Source: Mobula hypostoma (taxonomy: Eukaryota). Taken from it: a stretch of DNA of 64,000 bases. The notes under the pieces were generated by a model. It did no database searches, was not told the DNA's origin, and was given only the letters and a program-made list of their open reading frames with translations. Positions 25,898 through 40,030 of the stretch are shown piece after piece. The stretch lies in NCBI RefSeq assembly GCF_963921235.1, contig NC_086106.1, positions 34,844,001-34,908,000 of the forward strand, in the 5' to 3' direction. The stretch's first letter is position 1; each line of letters starts with the position of its first letter. The translations under genes and the position numbers were made by a program.

Positions 25898-26218
25898 CCT
25901 TGGTTTTTTTGGTGGCCATTGTCAGTGGTGTTGGCAAATCACGGCCTTCTACGAAGCACAGGTATTCGGTTCCAGCGTTCCATTCCTCTACATTGACCTT
26001 CAGTTTGGTGACGATGACGGATTTACTTCCCCTCCACTCTGGACCGTGTGTCTTTACTCCGTTGATTCTCCGGCTGCCATTTACTCGCCAAGAGACTGTG
26101 ACATTCTGTAAATCTGTGTAAACCACTTCGCACATAATTGTCGCTCTCTGAAGCGTCCAAATCTCTTGAAAGGAAGGCTTTTTTATGATGACATTAATAT
26201 CAGCCTCATGGCAGTCTT
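25898..26218 (-). CDS. IgNAR: IgNAR C4 exon (KDCHEADINVII...ATIMCEV...YLCFVEGRDLPTPLTMATKKTK)
   Basis: Acceptor ttttttgccag|AA and donor G|GTAAGT; 321 nt open. Extra N-terminal Cys in DCHE is a probable interchain Cys. Confidence 0.96.
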
Positions 26219-28189
26219 CTGGCAAAAAAGTGGGAATGGTTATTTTCATTTTATGATATTAAAGATGTGGATTATTACAACTGTAATCAGGTCACAGTCG
26301 CTCATAATCCCAGTTACTCTGCATTTCTCAGTGTTTTTTTTTTCTTTTGCTTCGCTAATACCGCTCTTTCTGCCTTATCAGCTTGATTCCTCTGATTTCT
26401 TTGAATGATATCCTAAATGGTCCTCCCGTTTATTTATAACATAGCGCAAAGATTACATTAACACGAATTTAACCCTGACTACATTCGGGAATGCAAACGT
26501 TCACCCTCAGATCAACAAAATACTGAGGGAAAACGTGGCTCATTGGCCTGAACGTGGCTGCGTTGGAAGGGATTCACATAAAATAAGCAAAACGTTTGTC
26601 TTCCAGTTTCTATTGTGATGTTGAAACAAATTGACTGAATAAGCTAAATAAGCGTAAAGCTATACTCAATAAAAACTACAAAGTTTGCTATTTTTTTCCC
26701 ATTACGGACAGAGTAGAATGCTGTTCAAAATAAGGAAACAAAATATAAAATACCCATGAATTCTAATGAGAGCGCTGCTGTGTGGTTAGCATTCAATACA
26801 AGCAACAATTTATGAACCCAGAACTGACTGCTATCTCCTCAATACTTTCCATCATATTTTGTTGGAACGACTCCACTAGAAATAGGAAAACTTGGCAGTA
26901 AAATGAAACACTGTCTCTGTAGGTTACCACGTGCCACAAAATATAATAGAAACATGTATTCGCAGCGAACTCTTGCCACATAATTGATCCTGAAAATTAC
27001 AGAAGTCTACTGCAATGTATGAACCGACAACTGCAATATTTATTTCCCAACGCATTCCAGAAACAGAATTAAACAGAGCTATTAAAATACAGTAAAAATT
27101 TGGCAGAATAATTCACTTGCAAATGTGTACAGGCCTTTAGTATTTTTTTATTACTTTTATTTCGTTTCGATGCAGCTGGCAAGTTCATGATTTACCTGTC
27201 ATGCATGCTGAGCCTCGAGAATGTGTGCTACTTTCTTGAACTATTTTAATGCTTCTGGTGAAGCATGATGTGCACTCATTTTGAGTAGTGAGTTGAGTTA
27301 CAGGATGTAACCCATCGAAACTGAAGGGAAGGGACTATACGGCATTTCCAAGTCAGCATGTGGTGTGCATGGAAGAAGAAAAATACCCGTGTATTTGACG
27401 CCCCTGGTCATAACGATATCTTGTGTTTGGGAAGTACTGTCAGAGTAGCTCAGGTGAATAAATGCAGTCTATTTTGTACATGTTAAACCTTACGGCAACC
27501 ATCTACCAGAAGCGAATGAAATAAGGGTTTACGGTCGTAAAAGTAGCGACCGGTACTGGGGACACAGCTGCTCTTAATCTATTTCAATGATATTACCGTT
27601 GCATATACTGTAATATGTCTATTTGCTGGGAAAACAAGCTGGGCGGCACCGTGATCTCTGAGAAGGCTTCCTGGAAAATTTGGTGGGATATGGACAAGAA
27701 AATAAATTGCTAAAACTTAGCTAATTGGTGGAAAACGTGAGGATACTGACTTAGGAGAAATGAATAGAACGATAGTGTATTCTATGAATAGTCGGAGACT
27801 GAGGAATGTTGGGGGTCGTAGTTGTCAGCATGTTATTTTACGTAAAGCATTGAATATCTAGCGCAGGTTGTTACAGTTTCTTTTAAATATTGTCTGGAAC
27901 TAATGTCATAGAAATTTCACTTCCACTTGCCACATAGATCTTCCCGCAACAATACGTGGACAGCTTCATTTGATAAGGAGTTGTGATGAGAGTTGAGCAA
28001 TATGCATTCATAAGCAATCATCTGCCATTATCATGGGAAGGAGTTAAAATTCATGAAATTCCGAAAGCGTATTTAAAAACTGCCCTGACAATCTAATACG
28101 ATGATGTCCTTGTGCCTGCACAATGATTTTCATCATTTCCTTTGGGGCAATGTATGGCTCCAACCATTGCCAACCGACTGCACAATGCT

Positions 28190-28480
28190 AAGGTAGCGCA
28201 AAGGTAGAGCGAAGTTATTACAGGTCGGAACGTTCTGGAGTTCGGAGTTCAATGCCTATGCCATTCACAGGAGGTCTGTAAGTCCTCCCGGTGGAATGCA
28301 TTGGTTTTCCCGGATGCTCTGCTTTCCTCACACAGTCAAAAGACCGACCCGGTAGGTTAATTAGTCATTGTAAATTGTCTTGTGATTAGATTAGGGTTAA
28401 TCGGGATTGTGCAGCTGCTGGGGCGGCGTGCCTCGAACGGCTGGAATGGCCTGCTCCGCGTTGTATCACTAAGTAAATGT
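28190..28480 (+). mobile_element. V-SINE copy
   Basis: 'ttggttttcccggatgctctgctttcctcacacagtcaaaaga' V-core; box-B-like 'ggagttcggagttcaat'. Confidence 0.6.
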
Positions 28481-28775
28481 ATTGTATTTCGCTGTATAAG
28501 GAGATATAATTGTCCAAACGATTCACGCAACTAGTTTTGCTTTGCATCTTCCTGTAAACTACATGTCAGTTTTTCCGTAAAATCGGCTATAGTCTGAACT
28601 CCCTCCAGCGTGGAATGAACCGTCCTTGTAGATATTCGCAGATGGCATTGTGCGTTGCTGTGAGATCAGGACCGAGCATCATCAACACCATGCGAGATAA
28701 AAATAAACTGGCCATAAATGTGGATTCACTCTCCGCACCGAGAGGCATATCTATTTTCCTGTTCCATGGAAGATG

Positions 28776-28813
<38 letters not shown>
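28776..28813. repeat. (TATC)n/(GATA)n microsatellite, about 9 units, in the C3-C4 intron
   Basis: Read directly from the sequence. Confidence 0.95.
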
Positions 28814-28829
28814 GTTTCTTATTTTGAGA

Positions 28830-29010
28830 TATACGCAGAATAGGCCCTTCCGGCCATTCGGGCCGCACAGCCAGCAACGTCCGATATAACCCTGGCCTAA
28901 TCACTGGACAATTCAGAATAACCAACAAACCTACTACCCGGTACGTCTTTAGACTGTGGAAGGAAACCGGAGTACCAGGAGGAAACCCACGTATTCCACG
29001 GGAGAATGTA
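28830..29010 (-). mobile_element. V-SINE copy (reverse)
   Basis: 'ggaaaccggagtaccaggaggaaacccacg' is the reverse complement of the V-core. Confidence 0.6.
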
Positions 29011-29542
29011 CAACTTCTTACAGAGAATGTTTCTCACCCAATTATTCCCGCCGGTCATGTCGGAGTCTCATCACTAAAGCACCACTCTATCACTTGCGAG
29101 TTATTAGTATGCTAATTCTTATCTATTGATCATATTGCACTCGACCTTATATAAGTTTGCTTACAAGTGTGGTCGATTGGTGTATGATCTTAGAGTATAA
29201 TTAGAACCGCCAAGAATGGCTCCGTTTATTGTGTCATTCATCAATTAATATTTATCCACGTTCTTCCAGCTTTGCCCTATTGAGATCCTATTGGTGAGGC
29301 ATTTTAACATTATACTTCAGTTTGTCTCCGCATGTTCAACAGAGATCCGAATATATAACACTAATTTTAGTTGAATCTCACATGTGTTATTGTATCGCAC
29401 GTCGGAGAGGTCTGATTACTAATACAGTACTACAGTAATAATCGTTTCAATCTGCTCATTGCCGAGCTTTGTTGTATTTTTATCTCTTGACTAGGATGTA
29501 AAGCACGGAATGGATGTTAGCCTTTTGACAAATTGTACTTAC

Positions 29543-29860
29543 TTTTCGGAGGGTTGATGTTTGCTTTCACAGTAGATTGTGAAGGTGGGTGCGTGACGAC
29601 ACAGGAGTATGTTGCGTCCTTCTTCCACTCGGCTGAAGTCAAGTAAAGGAGGCTTCTGGTGTTGAAGGTCATGTCCTGTTGAAGTGCAGTGGGGAAGCTG
29701 GTAGCGTTCGAGTAGAATGCGGCTCCGTCCTTCTGCCACAAAACGGTTATGTTATCGGGGTAGAATCCCGTTATCGTGCATGTAAGCGTAGCGATACCCG
29801 CAGTTTGAATCTCCTCTGGAGACGGGGGCAAGAGACGTACCCTTGGTTCCACGGCTTTGG
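29543..29860 (-). CDS. IgNAR: IgNAR C3 exon (AKAVEPRVRLLPPSPEEI...TLTCTITGFYP...YSCVVTHPPSQSTVKANINPPK)
   Basis: Acceptor cttctcttgcag|CC and donor A|GTAAGT; 318 nt open. Confidence 0.96.
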
Positions 29861-31562
29861 CTGCAAGAGAAGGTCAACCAGTGTTAATCTCCAAAAATTG
29901 TTTTTCCCAAATATGGTTGAAGCGAAACGGTGCAAAGCCACAGCAAGAATTGTAGGATCTGCGATGAAGGAAACAGTGGCTCTTTTTGCATTTGACTAGT
30001 TTCCTAACTATGCGCTGGTCAAGTTGTGTAAGAGTCCGTGGTGAGCCCCTAAGGGTAATGGTGATGATAACTTTCTACTTGGCAGTGCATCACGAGCGCG
30101 TACCACTGTCCTAAGAGCTTTGTTGTTTGTGATATAACAATTTGTATGTGCATATAGAAAATAAGATTTCTGTGCTAATGCGTAAGACCAAACTTTGTGG
30201 TGTTTTGAATCGCCATGACGGGTGCCCAAAGCTGCGGCAATACTGATCAAATACAATGTTAGATTGTGCGGCAGCAGATGGACAAATGCGTGTCGGTACA
30301 GTTTGGGAACTGAAGAACGGGGTATCCCGTGAATTGAAAAAAAAAGCTCATTATTAAGGAACATTTATGAACAGAGAGATACTGGGATTTAAGTCCATAG
30401 TTCCCTGAAAGTGGCAGCACCGGTAGTTGGTATGTTGACAAAAGAAGACGGCATACTTGCTTTCACAGGGTAGGATTAGCAGATGAAATTTAGGACGCTC
30501 TGTTTCAACTTTACTAAACACTGCTGCACTCGATTTTGAAATGTCTAGTCGCCTCGTTGTAAGGTAAATGGCATTGCGCTGGAAAGAATGCCTAAGAGAT
30601 TCAACCGTATGTTAACTGGACTGGAGAACATCAGTTATGGGGAGTAATTAGAATCGTTGGGCTTGTTATTTTCTGGAGTGAAAGAAACTGAGTAGTGACC
30701 CGACAACGCCACGCAAAATTATCAGCAACGCGGGTAGGCTAAGTAGACAACAGCATTCGTATGTGTAGACTATGAAATTCAAACAGAGTATGTGTTTAAG
30801 TTAAGTGGAAGGAGCTTTAGAGGGTACCTTAAGGTCACTGCATTTGGCAAACATTTAGTCGATCACTGAAATAGGAAAGACATTGAAAGAATTTATTTTT
30901 CTTTTGCTGAAAATTGGATTGAGGTAGATGTGAAACATCTTTGAACATTGGGGTCAGAGAGCCAAATGAATTTCTGTGCATCATTTTATAACTACAACTT
31001 TTTAGAGGGGTAGTACAAGGATACAACTATTAGAATGCCTGCTGCAAGTCTCCAGAAACTTTGATTTCGGTCTTCACCTGCTGTACTGGAGTTTATAGGA
31101 TTTATACGGATGAGCGTTTTGTTTTAGGTTCTCCGATTTCCATATCGAACATCATGCCAGTGCTAGCCGCGTCGACCACCATAACTTACTCTTAATGTAG
31201 ACTAAAATCTGCAAGGAGTTGTTGAAGCTAAGAAACAATAAAATAGACCAAAGCGAAATTCGCTGAATGAGTGCTGAAGCGGGCTTGGTTTCTGTCGACC
31301 GAAGGGTCTATTCCAATGCTGTCGGGTCCTATGACTTCAACATTTCATGCGACGAAATCTTGGGCGGAACGCTATCGGTACACCACTTTCGGAAAACCTG
31401 TCTTCCCTTGTATAAGATGATGCATTATGACTCTAGCAGAGGGCAACTAGTTCACCACCATGCCTGTTTACCTCTGAATACTGCTGCCTGGCATCCGGCA
31501 GTTTCTGTTCCTCTTTCTGCATCTACACTGCTTTGCATTTCAATTGTTGTTATTGCACCTAC

Positions 31563-31865
31563 CTTTTGCGTTTCGTGTCCTTTTTGATAGGGGAGCAGCT
31601 GATTGATTGTCCTGCACCGAGCAGGAGTATTCTACCCCGCTGTCCCACTCGGCCACGCTGCTGGTCAAACGGCCGACTGTCAAGTACTGACTCCCGATCT
31701 TTGCTGCTTGTTCTGTTTGAACACCATCAGCTCTTTCCTTCCGACCCACTGTCCAAGAGATGGAAACCTCAGCTGGAGTTGTAGCGATCACTTCACACAC
31801 CAGTGTGGCAGTTTTGTTTATCCACATTTCTTCAACGGTAGGATCTCTGAGAAATAATGCGAATT
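31563..31865 (-). CDS. IgNAR: IgNAR C2 exon (EFALFLRDPTVEEMWINKTATLVCEV...YSCSVQDNQSAAPLSKRTRNAK)
   Basis: Acceptor tcttctag|AA and donor G|GTAGGT; 303 nt open; C/W/C pattern. Confidence 0.96.
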
Positions 31866-32872
31866 CTAGAAGACATAATTGATAGGACTCATGACGAATC
31901 TGAAGTTTAGCAAAGATTTCAATTTAGTAATAATCCGCTACATGTTAAGAACTTAAGGTGGAATTTGTTCATTTTTAATCATGCATAAGTCGTCTTATCG
32001 TGACCCCTTGAGTCAGATGCTATTCTTCTATACTGAAAAGAAAGGAAACGGTTGAAAATGAATAACATATCGTCATTCACAAATAAGTGTGGCGAAGGAT
32101 AGAGGGAGAGATACAGCCGGATATCCCCGGAAAGTACGACAGTGATAAAACACCGGCGTGGGGAGGGGACAGTGGCTTGTTGCAGAACAGTCAATGGGAT
32201 GCAGCGAGACAGAGAGATTGACTGAAGGAGGACACAACACAGGAAGCTAGAAGATGTAAGTGAACGTTAAATGGAAATAAGTGCTAAATACATATGCAGT
32301 GTTCGATCTATTTATGCAAGAATGAAGGACCAGTTTAGCACAAGGTTTAACTGTCCGGTAAGTCCCTAGTTGCCTCGACTACTTTATTCCTTTCATTTGT
32401 TTCTTTTCCAAAATTTTCACTATTGCATGCTGATACCAGTCACAGATATAACACATCAGTAGAAATTAATGTGCTGTTAAAATAGAAAGTTAAAGATGAT
32501 CACGGAAGATTTTTTTACCGCCCCTTTCCTGTGCTCAACTTTTAAGATGTCCGGATTCCTTAGAACCATTTCAGATATACAAATACTATTCGATGCATTA
32601 ACATGATCAGGAATCAACATTCAGTGATGTGCTCTGACGTCTTCTGACTATACTTCGCAAGATTTCCTTACAATTCTTACCACTGATATTTAATGTTTGC
32701 TGCCTAAACATTCCGAATCACACTCTTATCTGTCCCTTACCCGAACTTGATGCTGAACTTTAGTAGTCTGGTTATTTTAAAATCCTGTCCGTAGATGATT
32801 ACGGCCCACCAAAGGAAATACTGAGGATGAAAGTGGAAATACTGCATCTATGGACTGGGAACTGCTTCTTAC

Positions 32873-33193
32873 CTGACTCAGCTCGTATTTCTTTGTGGAT
32901 GTTGCTGCTGGTTGCAGAGTGGGATACTTGGCACGAGTACACAGCACCACTGGCCCATTCGTTCACAGGCACTTTGAGCACACTTGCTGAGGTAAACGTT
33001 TCGCTTGAGCTTTCAGTGGAAGAAGTGGTGGTAAAGCCGGACTGTACGGCTTGTCCGTTTTTCTGCCAGGTCACTGCGATGTTTTCAGGTAGGTATTCGC
33101 TCATGAGACAAATCAATTCCACAAACCCCCGTGCTTTTTGTTCAGTAGTTGCAGAATATACAAGATTGATGTTTGGCGGGGTCGGTTGTTTTG
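32873..33193 (-). CDS. IgNAR: IgNAR C1 exon (AKQPTPPNINLVYS...VELICLM...VTWQKN...YSCQVSHSATSSNIHKEIRAES)
   Basis: Acceptor attttag|CA and donor G|GTAAGA; C1-set C/W/C pattern; resembles recalled nurse shark IgNAR C1. Confidence 0.96.
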
Positions 33194-33479
33194 CTAAAAT
33201 TAACAAAAACAAAAGTCTTGAAATGATTGGATCAATTTTACGTTCCTCTTCTGACAACCTGTAAGGCATAAGACAACTACAATATTCTTTGCATCATAAG
33301 AATCTCTACATGTCAAGAGCTACCTTTTGGCTGAAGGGATGACTGAAGCTGAGATATTTCCTTCAGTATAATGGATCACAGATTACGGTGTTTTTTTTAT
33401 ACCTTGAATGGTACTTTGAAGTTCCGCCTAATTACTCTTTGTCGTATCAAAGCTGCCGTTGGCCGTACGAATCAACTAG

Positions 33480-34150
33480 AGGAGAGAAATTGAAAATCTA
33501 GCTGTCAGAATAACATCTCTCACTCAATGTCAGCAAGACCAAGGAGTTGATTATTAACTACAGGAGGAGAAAACCGCGGCTCCATCTGCAGGTCCTCATC
33601 TAGAGGTCAGAGGTCGGGAGAGTTAGCAACTTCAAATTCCTCTGCGTTATCATTTCAGAGGATCTATCCAGAGTCCAGCTGGTAAGTGCTCTTAGAAGGA
33701 AAGCACAGCAGCACAACTACTCTCTTAAAGGTTTGAAAAGATCCGGCATGTCATCGAAAACTTTGACAAACTTACATAGATGTGCGGTGGAGTGTTTACT
33801 GACTGGTTGGATTCAGGTCTGATATGGAAATATCAATGCCCTTGAACAGACAGCCTACAAAAAGTGGTCGTGAATACAGCACAGTTCATGACGAATACAA
33901 CCTTCCCCGCTATTAAGCCTATCTATACACAGCGCTGTGGCAGGATTACAGCATTTATCTTCAAGGACCCTTAGGTTCCCGGCCACGCTCTCTTCTCGCT
34001 GCCGCCATCAGGAAGGAGATACAAAAGCCTGGTTACACAAACTAATTGGATCGGAAACAAATATGACCCCTTCAACATCAGGTTCTTGAACTGGAAGGAA
34101 TACCTTCATTCAATTTCGTTCCCCCTGACATTGAACTGTTTCCAGAACAT
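33480..34150 (+). mobile_element. Rex1/L2-like LINE 3' fragment in the J-C intron
   Basis: NVSKTKELII.YRR and FKFLCVIISEDLS motifs. Boundaries approximate. Confidence 0.6.
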
Positions 34151-34769
34151 ATGGGCTCAGTTTAAAAAAAATGTTCATCTCATGTTTACAATATTTATTG
34201 TTTATTTATTTTATTTGGTTTTTTTTCTGTTCGATTTGCACAGTTTGTCTTTTGCCCTTTGGTGGTTCGTCTTAATGTGCGCGGGTTTTCGTTGATTCTA
34301 TTGTGTTTCGTTGTATTTGCTGTGAATGTCCGCAAGAAAATTAATTTCAGGGTTGTGTATGATGATGTATATGTACTTTGAAATTTGATGATGATAATGA
34401 TGATGATATGTATTAGTCGCAGCAAAAACATGAGTAATGTAGGCTTGTTAAATGGTAATCGCATCTGAAACGTCACCAGTCTGTCCATTTTACAGAATAT
34501 CGTATGTTAGAGTCTGCACAATTTTCGACTAGGTTTACCTGAACGGGACAAAAGTTATCTTTCAACTTCAGCACCTTTCCATTTTTCTCAAACTGCAAGT
34601 TGCTGTTGATGATTGTTGAAGTGCACTGAATGTGGAAATCAACAATGGCAGGTTGACAGTGACTGCCGATAACAGTGATCATAATTCCACTTTAATTCTC
34701 CGAGTCCACCCTTCCAATTAAAGATCCATTTTTACATTACGGGAGACAATTTGCAGTGCCCGGTTCGAT

Positions 34770-35790
34770 GACGGATTGACGTTGTGTACTTGAATTTTCA
34801 GAAGGCCTTTGACGAGGTGCCACACATGAGTCTGCTGAATATGCTACGAGCCCATGGAACTACAGGTAAATTCTAGCATGGAAGCAGTGGCCGCTTAGCA
34901 GGAAGAAAAGCGAGCCTTTTCTGTTTGGCTGCCGGTGACTAGTAGTGTTCCACAGGGATCTGTGTTGGGATCGAGTCATTTGTACGTTATATGTCAATGA
35001 TTTGAATGATGTAATTGATAGGATTGTTGAAATGTTTGCAGATGATAAGAAGATAGGTAGAGGGGCAGGTAGTTTTGAGGAAATAGAAAGGCCACAGAGC
35101 GGCCCTAGATATATCAGGAGAATCGGCCAAAAAATAAATGGCAGTTAGAATACAGTGTCGGGAAGTGCATGGTCATACACCTTGATAGAAGAAATAAATG
35201 GGGAGAAAATACAAAAGAAAATGTTGGCGCCAAGTGACTTGGGAGTGCCTGTTTAGAATTCCCTAAAGATTAAATTTCAAGGTTGAATCTATGGTGAGGA
35301 AGGAAATGCGATGTTAGCATGCATCTCAAGAGGACTAGAATATAAAACAAGGATGTAATCCTGAACAACAGGAATTCTGCAGATGCTGGAAATTCAAGCA
35401 ACACACATAAAAGTTGCTGGTAAACGCAGCAGGCCAGGCAGCATCTATAGGAAGAGGTGCAGTCGACATTTCAGGCCGAGACCCTTCGTCAGGACTAACT
35501 GAAGGAAGAGTGAGTAAGGGATTTGAAAGTTGGAGGGGGAGGCGGAGATCCAAAATGATAGGAGAAGACAGGAGGGGGAGGGATGGAGCCAAGAGCTGGA
35601 CAGGTGATAGGCAAAAGGGATACGAGAGGATCATGGGACAGGAGGTCCGGGAAGAAAGACAAGGGCGGGGGGACCCAGAGGATGGGCAAGGGATATATTC
35701 GGAGGGACAGAGGGAGAAAAAGGAGAGTGAGAGAAAGAATGTCTGTTACTTATTTTTATAAACAGATGGGGTACGAGGGGGAGGTGGGCC
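34770..35790 (+). mobile_element. Decayed CR1 RT fragment (about 34770-35360) followed by a Penelope-like terminal fragment (about 35365-35790)
   Basis: DVVYLNFQKAFDEVPH, VPQGSVLG and FADDK; then 'acaacaggaattctgcagatgctggaaattcaagcaacac'. Confidence 0.7.
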
Positions 35791-38700
35791 ACAAGGGCCA
35801 TATCTAACGCCCTCTTAAATATAGCCAATGAACTGGCCTCAACTGTTTCCTGTGGCAGAGGATTCCACAGATTCACCACTCTCTGTGTGAAGAAGTTTTT
35901 CCTAATCTCCGTTCTAAAAGGCTTCCCCTTTATTCTCAAACTGTGACCCCTCGTTCTGGACTTCCCCAACATCGGGAATAATCTTCCTGATCTAGACTGT
36001 CCAATCACTTTAGGATTTTACGCGTTTCAATCAGATCCCCCCTCAATCTTCTAAATTCCAACGAGTATAAGCCAAGTCGATCCAGTCTTTCATCATATGA
36101 AAGCCCTGCCATCCCAGGAATCAATCTGGTGAACCTTCTTTGTACTCCCTTTATGGCAAAAATGCCTTTCCTCAGATTAGGGGACCAAAATTGCACACAA
36201 TACTCCAGCTGTGGTCTCACCAAGGGCCGTACAATTGCAGTAGTACCTCCCTGCTCCTGTACTCGAATCCTCTTGCTATGAATGCTAGCATACCATTCGC
36301 CTTTTTCACCGCCTGCTGTACCTGCATGCCCACCTTCAATGACTGGTGTATAATGACACCCTGGTATCCTTGCACCACCACTTTTCTAATCGTCAACCAT
36401 TCAGATAATAATCTGTTTTCCTGTTTTTGCCACCAAAGGGGATAACCTCACATTTCTCCACATTAAATTCCATCTGCCATGAATTTGCCCACTCACCTAA
36501 CCTATCCAAGTCACTCTGCATCCTCTTTGCATCCTCCTCACAGCTAACACTGCCACCCAGCTTCGTGTCATCCGCAAACTTGGAGATGCTGCATTTAATT
36601 CCCTCTTCTAAGTCACCAATATATACTGTAAACAACTGGGGTCCCAGCACTGAGCCTTGTGGTACCCCACTGCGTGCCATTCTGAAAAGGTCCCGTTTAT
36701 TCCCACTTTTTGCTTCCTCTCTGCCAACCAATTCTCTATCCGCATCAATACCTTACCCCCAATACCGTGTGCTTTAAGTTTGCACATTAATCTCCTGTGT
36801 GGGACCTTATCAAAAGCCTTTTGAAAATCCAAATATACCACCTCCACTGGTTATCCCCTATCCACTCTCCTCGTTACATTCACAAAAAATTCTATGAGAT
36901 TCGTCAGATTTTCCTTTCACAAATCCATGCTGACTTTGTCCGATGATTTCACCACTTTCCAAATGTGCTGTTATCACATCTTTGATAACTGACTCTAGCA
37001 TTTTCTCCACCACTGATATTCGGCTACCCGGGCTATAATTCCCCGGTTTCTCTCCCCCTCGTTTTTTTTTTTAAAAAGCGGGGTTACATTAGCCACCCTT
37101 CAATCCTCAGGAACTAGTCCAGAATCTAAAGAGTTTTGAAAAATTATTACTAATGCATCCACTATTTCTTGGGCTACTTCCTAAAACACTCTGGTATGCA
37201 GACCATCTGGCCCTGGGGATTTATCTGCCTTTAATCCCTTCAATTTACCTAACACCACTTCCCTACTAACATGTATTTCCCTCAGTTCCTCCATCTCACT
37301 AGACCCTCTGTCCCCTACTATTTCCGGAAGATTATTTTTGTCCTTCTTAGTGAAGACAGAACCAAAGTAGTTATTCAATTGGTCTGCCATGTCCTTGTTC
37401 CCCATAATCAATTCACCTCTTTCTGTCTGTAGGGGACCTACATTTGTCTAAACCAACCTTTTTTTTCACATATCTATAAAAGCTTTTACAGTCAGTTTTT
37501 ATCTTCCTGGCTAGTTTTCTCTCATAAGCTTTTTTTCCCTTTCCTAATTAAGCCCTTTGTCCTCCTCTGCTGGACTCTGAATTTCTCCCAGTCCTCAGGT
37601 GAGCCTCTTTTTCTGGCTAATTTGAATGCTTCTTCTTTGGAATTGATACTACCCCTAATTTCCCTTGTCAGCCACGCATGCACTACCTTCCCTGATTTAA
37701 TATTTTGCCAGACTGGGATGAACAATTGTTGTAGTTCATCCATGCGATCTTTAAAAGCTTGCCATTGCATATCCACCGTCAACTCTTTAAGTCTATCTGA
37801 GCTAATTCACGTCTCATACCTTCAAAGTTACCTTTCTTTAAGTTCAGAACCATTGTTTCTGAATTAACTATGTTACTCTCCATCTTAATAAATAATTCCA
37901 CCATATTATGGTCACTCTTACCCAAGGGGCCACTCACAACAAGATTGCTAATTAACCCTTCCTCATTGCTCAATACCCAGTCTAGAATAGCCTGCTCTCC
38001 AGTTGGTTCCTCGACATGTTGGTTCAAAAAAACATCCCGCATACATTCCAAGAAATCCTCTTCCTCAGCACCCTTACCAATTTGGTTCACCCAATCTATA
38101 TGTAAATTGAAGTCACCCATTATAACTGCTGATCCTGTATTGCACGCATTTCTAATTTCCTGTTTAATGCCATCCCCAACCTCACTACAACTGTTAGGTG
38201 GCCTGTACACAACTCCCACCAGCGTTTTATGCGCCTTAGTGTTACGCAGCTCTACCCATACCGATTCCACATCCTCCCGGCTAATGTCCTTCCTTCCTAT
38301 TGCGTTAATCTCCTCTCAAATCAGCAATGCTACCCCACCTCCTTTTCTTTCATGTCTATCCCTCCTGAATATTGAATATCCCTGAATGTTTAGCTCCCAT
38401 CCTTGGTCACCCTGGAGCCATGTCCCTGTGATCCCAACTATATCATATTCATTAATAACAATCTGCACTTTTAATTCATCCACCTTGTTACGAATGCTCC
38501 TTGCATTGACGCACAAAGCCTTCAGGCTTGATTTTACAACACTCTTAGCCCTTATACAATTATGTTGAAAGGTGGCCCTTTTTGATTTTTGCCCTGGATT
38601 TGCCGGCCTGCCACTTTTACTTTTCACCTTACTACTTTTTGCCTCTATCCTCATTTTACACACCTCTGTCTCTCTGCACTTGTTCCCATCACCCTGTTGT

Positions 38701-39420
38701 GAACTAACCTCCTCTCTCCTAGTCTCTTTAATTTGATTCCCACCCCGCAACCCTTCTAGTTTAAAATCACCTCAGTAGCCCTCGCAAATCTCCCCGCCAG
38801 GATATTGGTCCGCCTAGGATTCAAATGTAACCCGTCCTTTTTGTACAGGTCACACCTGCGCCAAAAGAGGTCCCAATGATCCAAAAACTTGAATCACTGC
38901 CCCCTGCTCCAATCCCTCAGCCACGCATTTATCCTCCACCTCATTGCATTCCTACTCTCACTGTCACGTAGCACAGGCAGTAATCCCGAGATTATTACCT
39001 TTGCGGTCCTTTTTCTCAACTCCCTTCCTAACTCTCTATATTCTCCTTTCAGGACCTCTTCCCTTTTCCTACCTATGTCATTGGTACCTATATGTACCAC
39101 GACCTCTGGCTCCTCACCCTCCCAGTTCAGGATATCTTGGACACGATCAGAAATATCCCGGACCCTGGCACCAGGGAGGAAAACTACCGTCAGGGTCTCT
39201 GAACTGCGTCCACAGAATCGCCTATCTCACCCCCTAACTATAGAGTCCTCTATTACTACTTCCCTCCTCTTCCTTTCCCTACCCTTCTGAGCTACAGGGC
39301 CGGACTCCGTGCCGGGGTACTCTCTAGTACCTGATGCTTCCACTACCCCTTCCTAACAGTTACCCACTTGTCTGCCTCCCGTGGCCCCGGTGTGACCACC
39401 AGCCTGTAACTCCTGTCTAT
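35790..39420 (-). mobile_element. Large CR1 LINE (5'- and 3'-truncated), same strand as IgNAR, in the J-C intron
   Basis: VHIGTNDIG (ORF1 esterase); LKALCVNARSIRNK and IMGDFNLHIDW (APE); VVYLDFQKAFDKVPH, GVPQGSVLGP and SKFADDT (RT). Frameshifted. Confidence 0.93.
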
Positions 39421-40030
39421 CAACCGGTCTTCCAGATGTAAAGATTTGTTAAAGCCTGATATGTGTTTCTAAATAGAAGACTTTTTTCTTCTATTCCAGG
39501 TAAATGACAAGGTTTTTCTCAACGAGTGTATGTTTTAACAACCCCTCGAATTATCAAGTTATTAATCTATCGATCCCTTTCTGAACTGAAACCTATTTCA
39601 TATTCAACGTTCTCTCCTGCTTGGGTCTGCGACCATTGGGGAGTAAATCCACACTCAAATATGCCAAGATATGAGGACCCCGCACTTATATATATACAGC
39701 AGCTAATACTTTAAAGTAATTGTCGGACGGGGGTGGGGTGTAGCAGGTCGAGGGTAATTTGTGAGCTTCAATTCGTAAAAATGCTCCAAGTTTATTTTAG
39801 TTTTTTTTTAAACGAGAGAAAGTATTATCTTGCGAGGAGAAAGGCGTGCGCTTAAATTCTTTTGGAGTTCTTAGTAAATACACGTGGTTCTAATGAAATG
39901 CTTATACTCCAAAATAACATTATCATATTGCTGTTTTCGGTTTGCATCATTTAAACGAGAATATAATTATACTTCACCTCGGGGAAAAGTACGTGCTTTC
40001 TCAAAATGTAATAAAAAAAATATCACTTAC

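Noticed and set aside
30008-30364. 118-aa minus-strand ORF in the C2-C3 intron with a phase-1 acceptor at 30309 (VPKLYRHAFVHLLP...), a possible extra C domain or alternative tail
   Set aside because: No canonical Cys pair or correct Trp spacing, no recognisable nucleotide similarity to the C exons, and no AATAAA in the 150 nt before the C3 acceptor. Only RNA-seq junctions would revive it.
32827-33264. Plus-strand ORFs overlapping the V and C exons (also 25888-26121, 41305-41610)
   Set aside because: Antisense shadows of the real IgNAR exons.
34473-34682. ORF in the J-C intron as a possible hinge or extra exon
   Set aside because: No splice signals in phase, and it adjoins decayed CR1 sequence.
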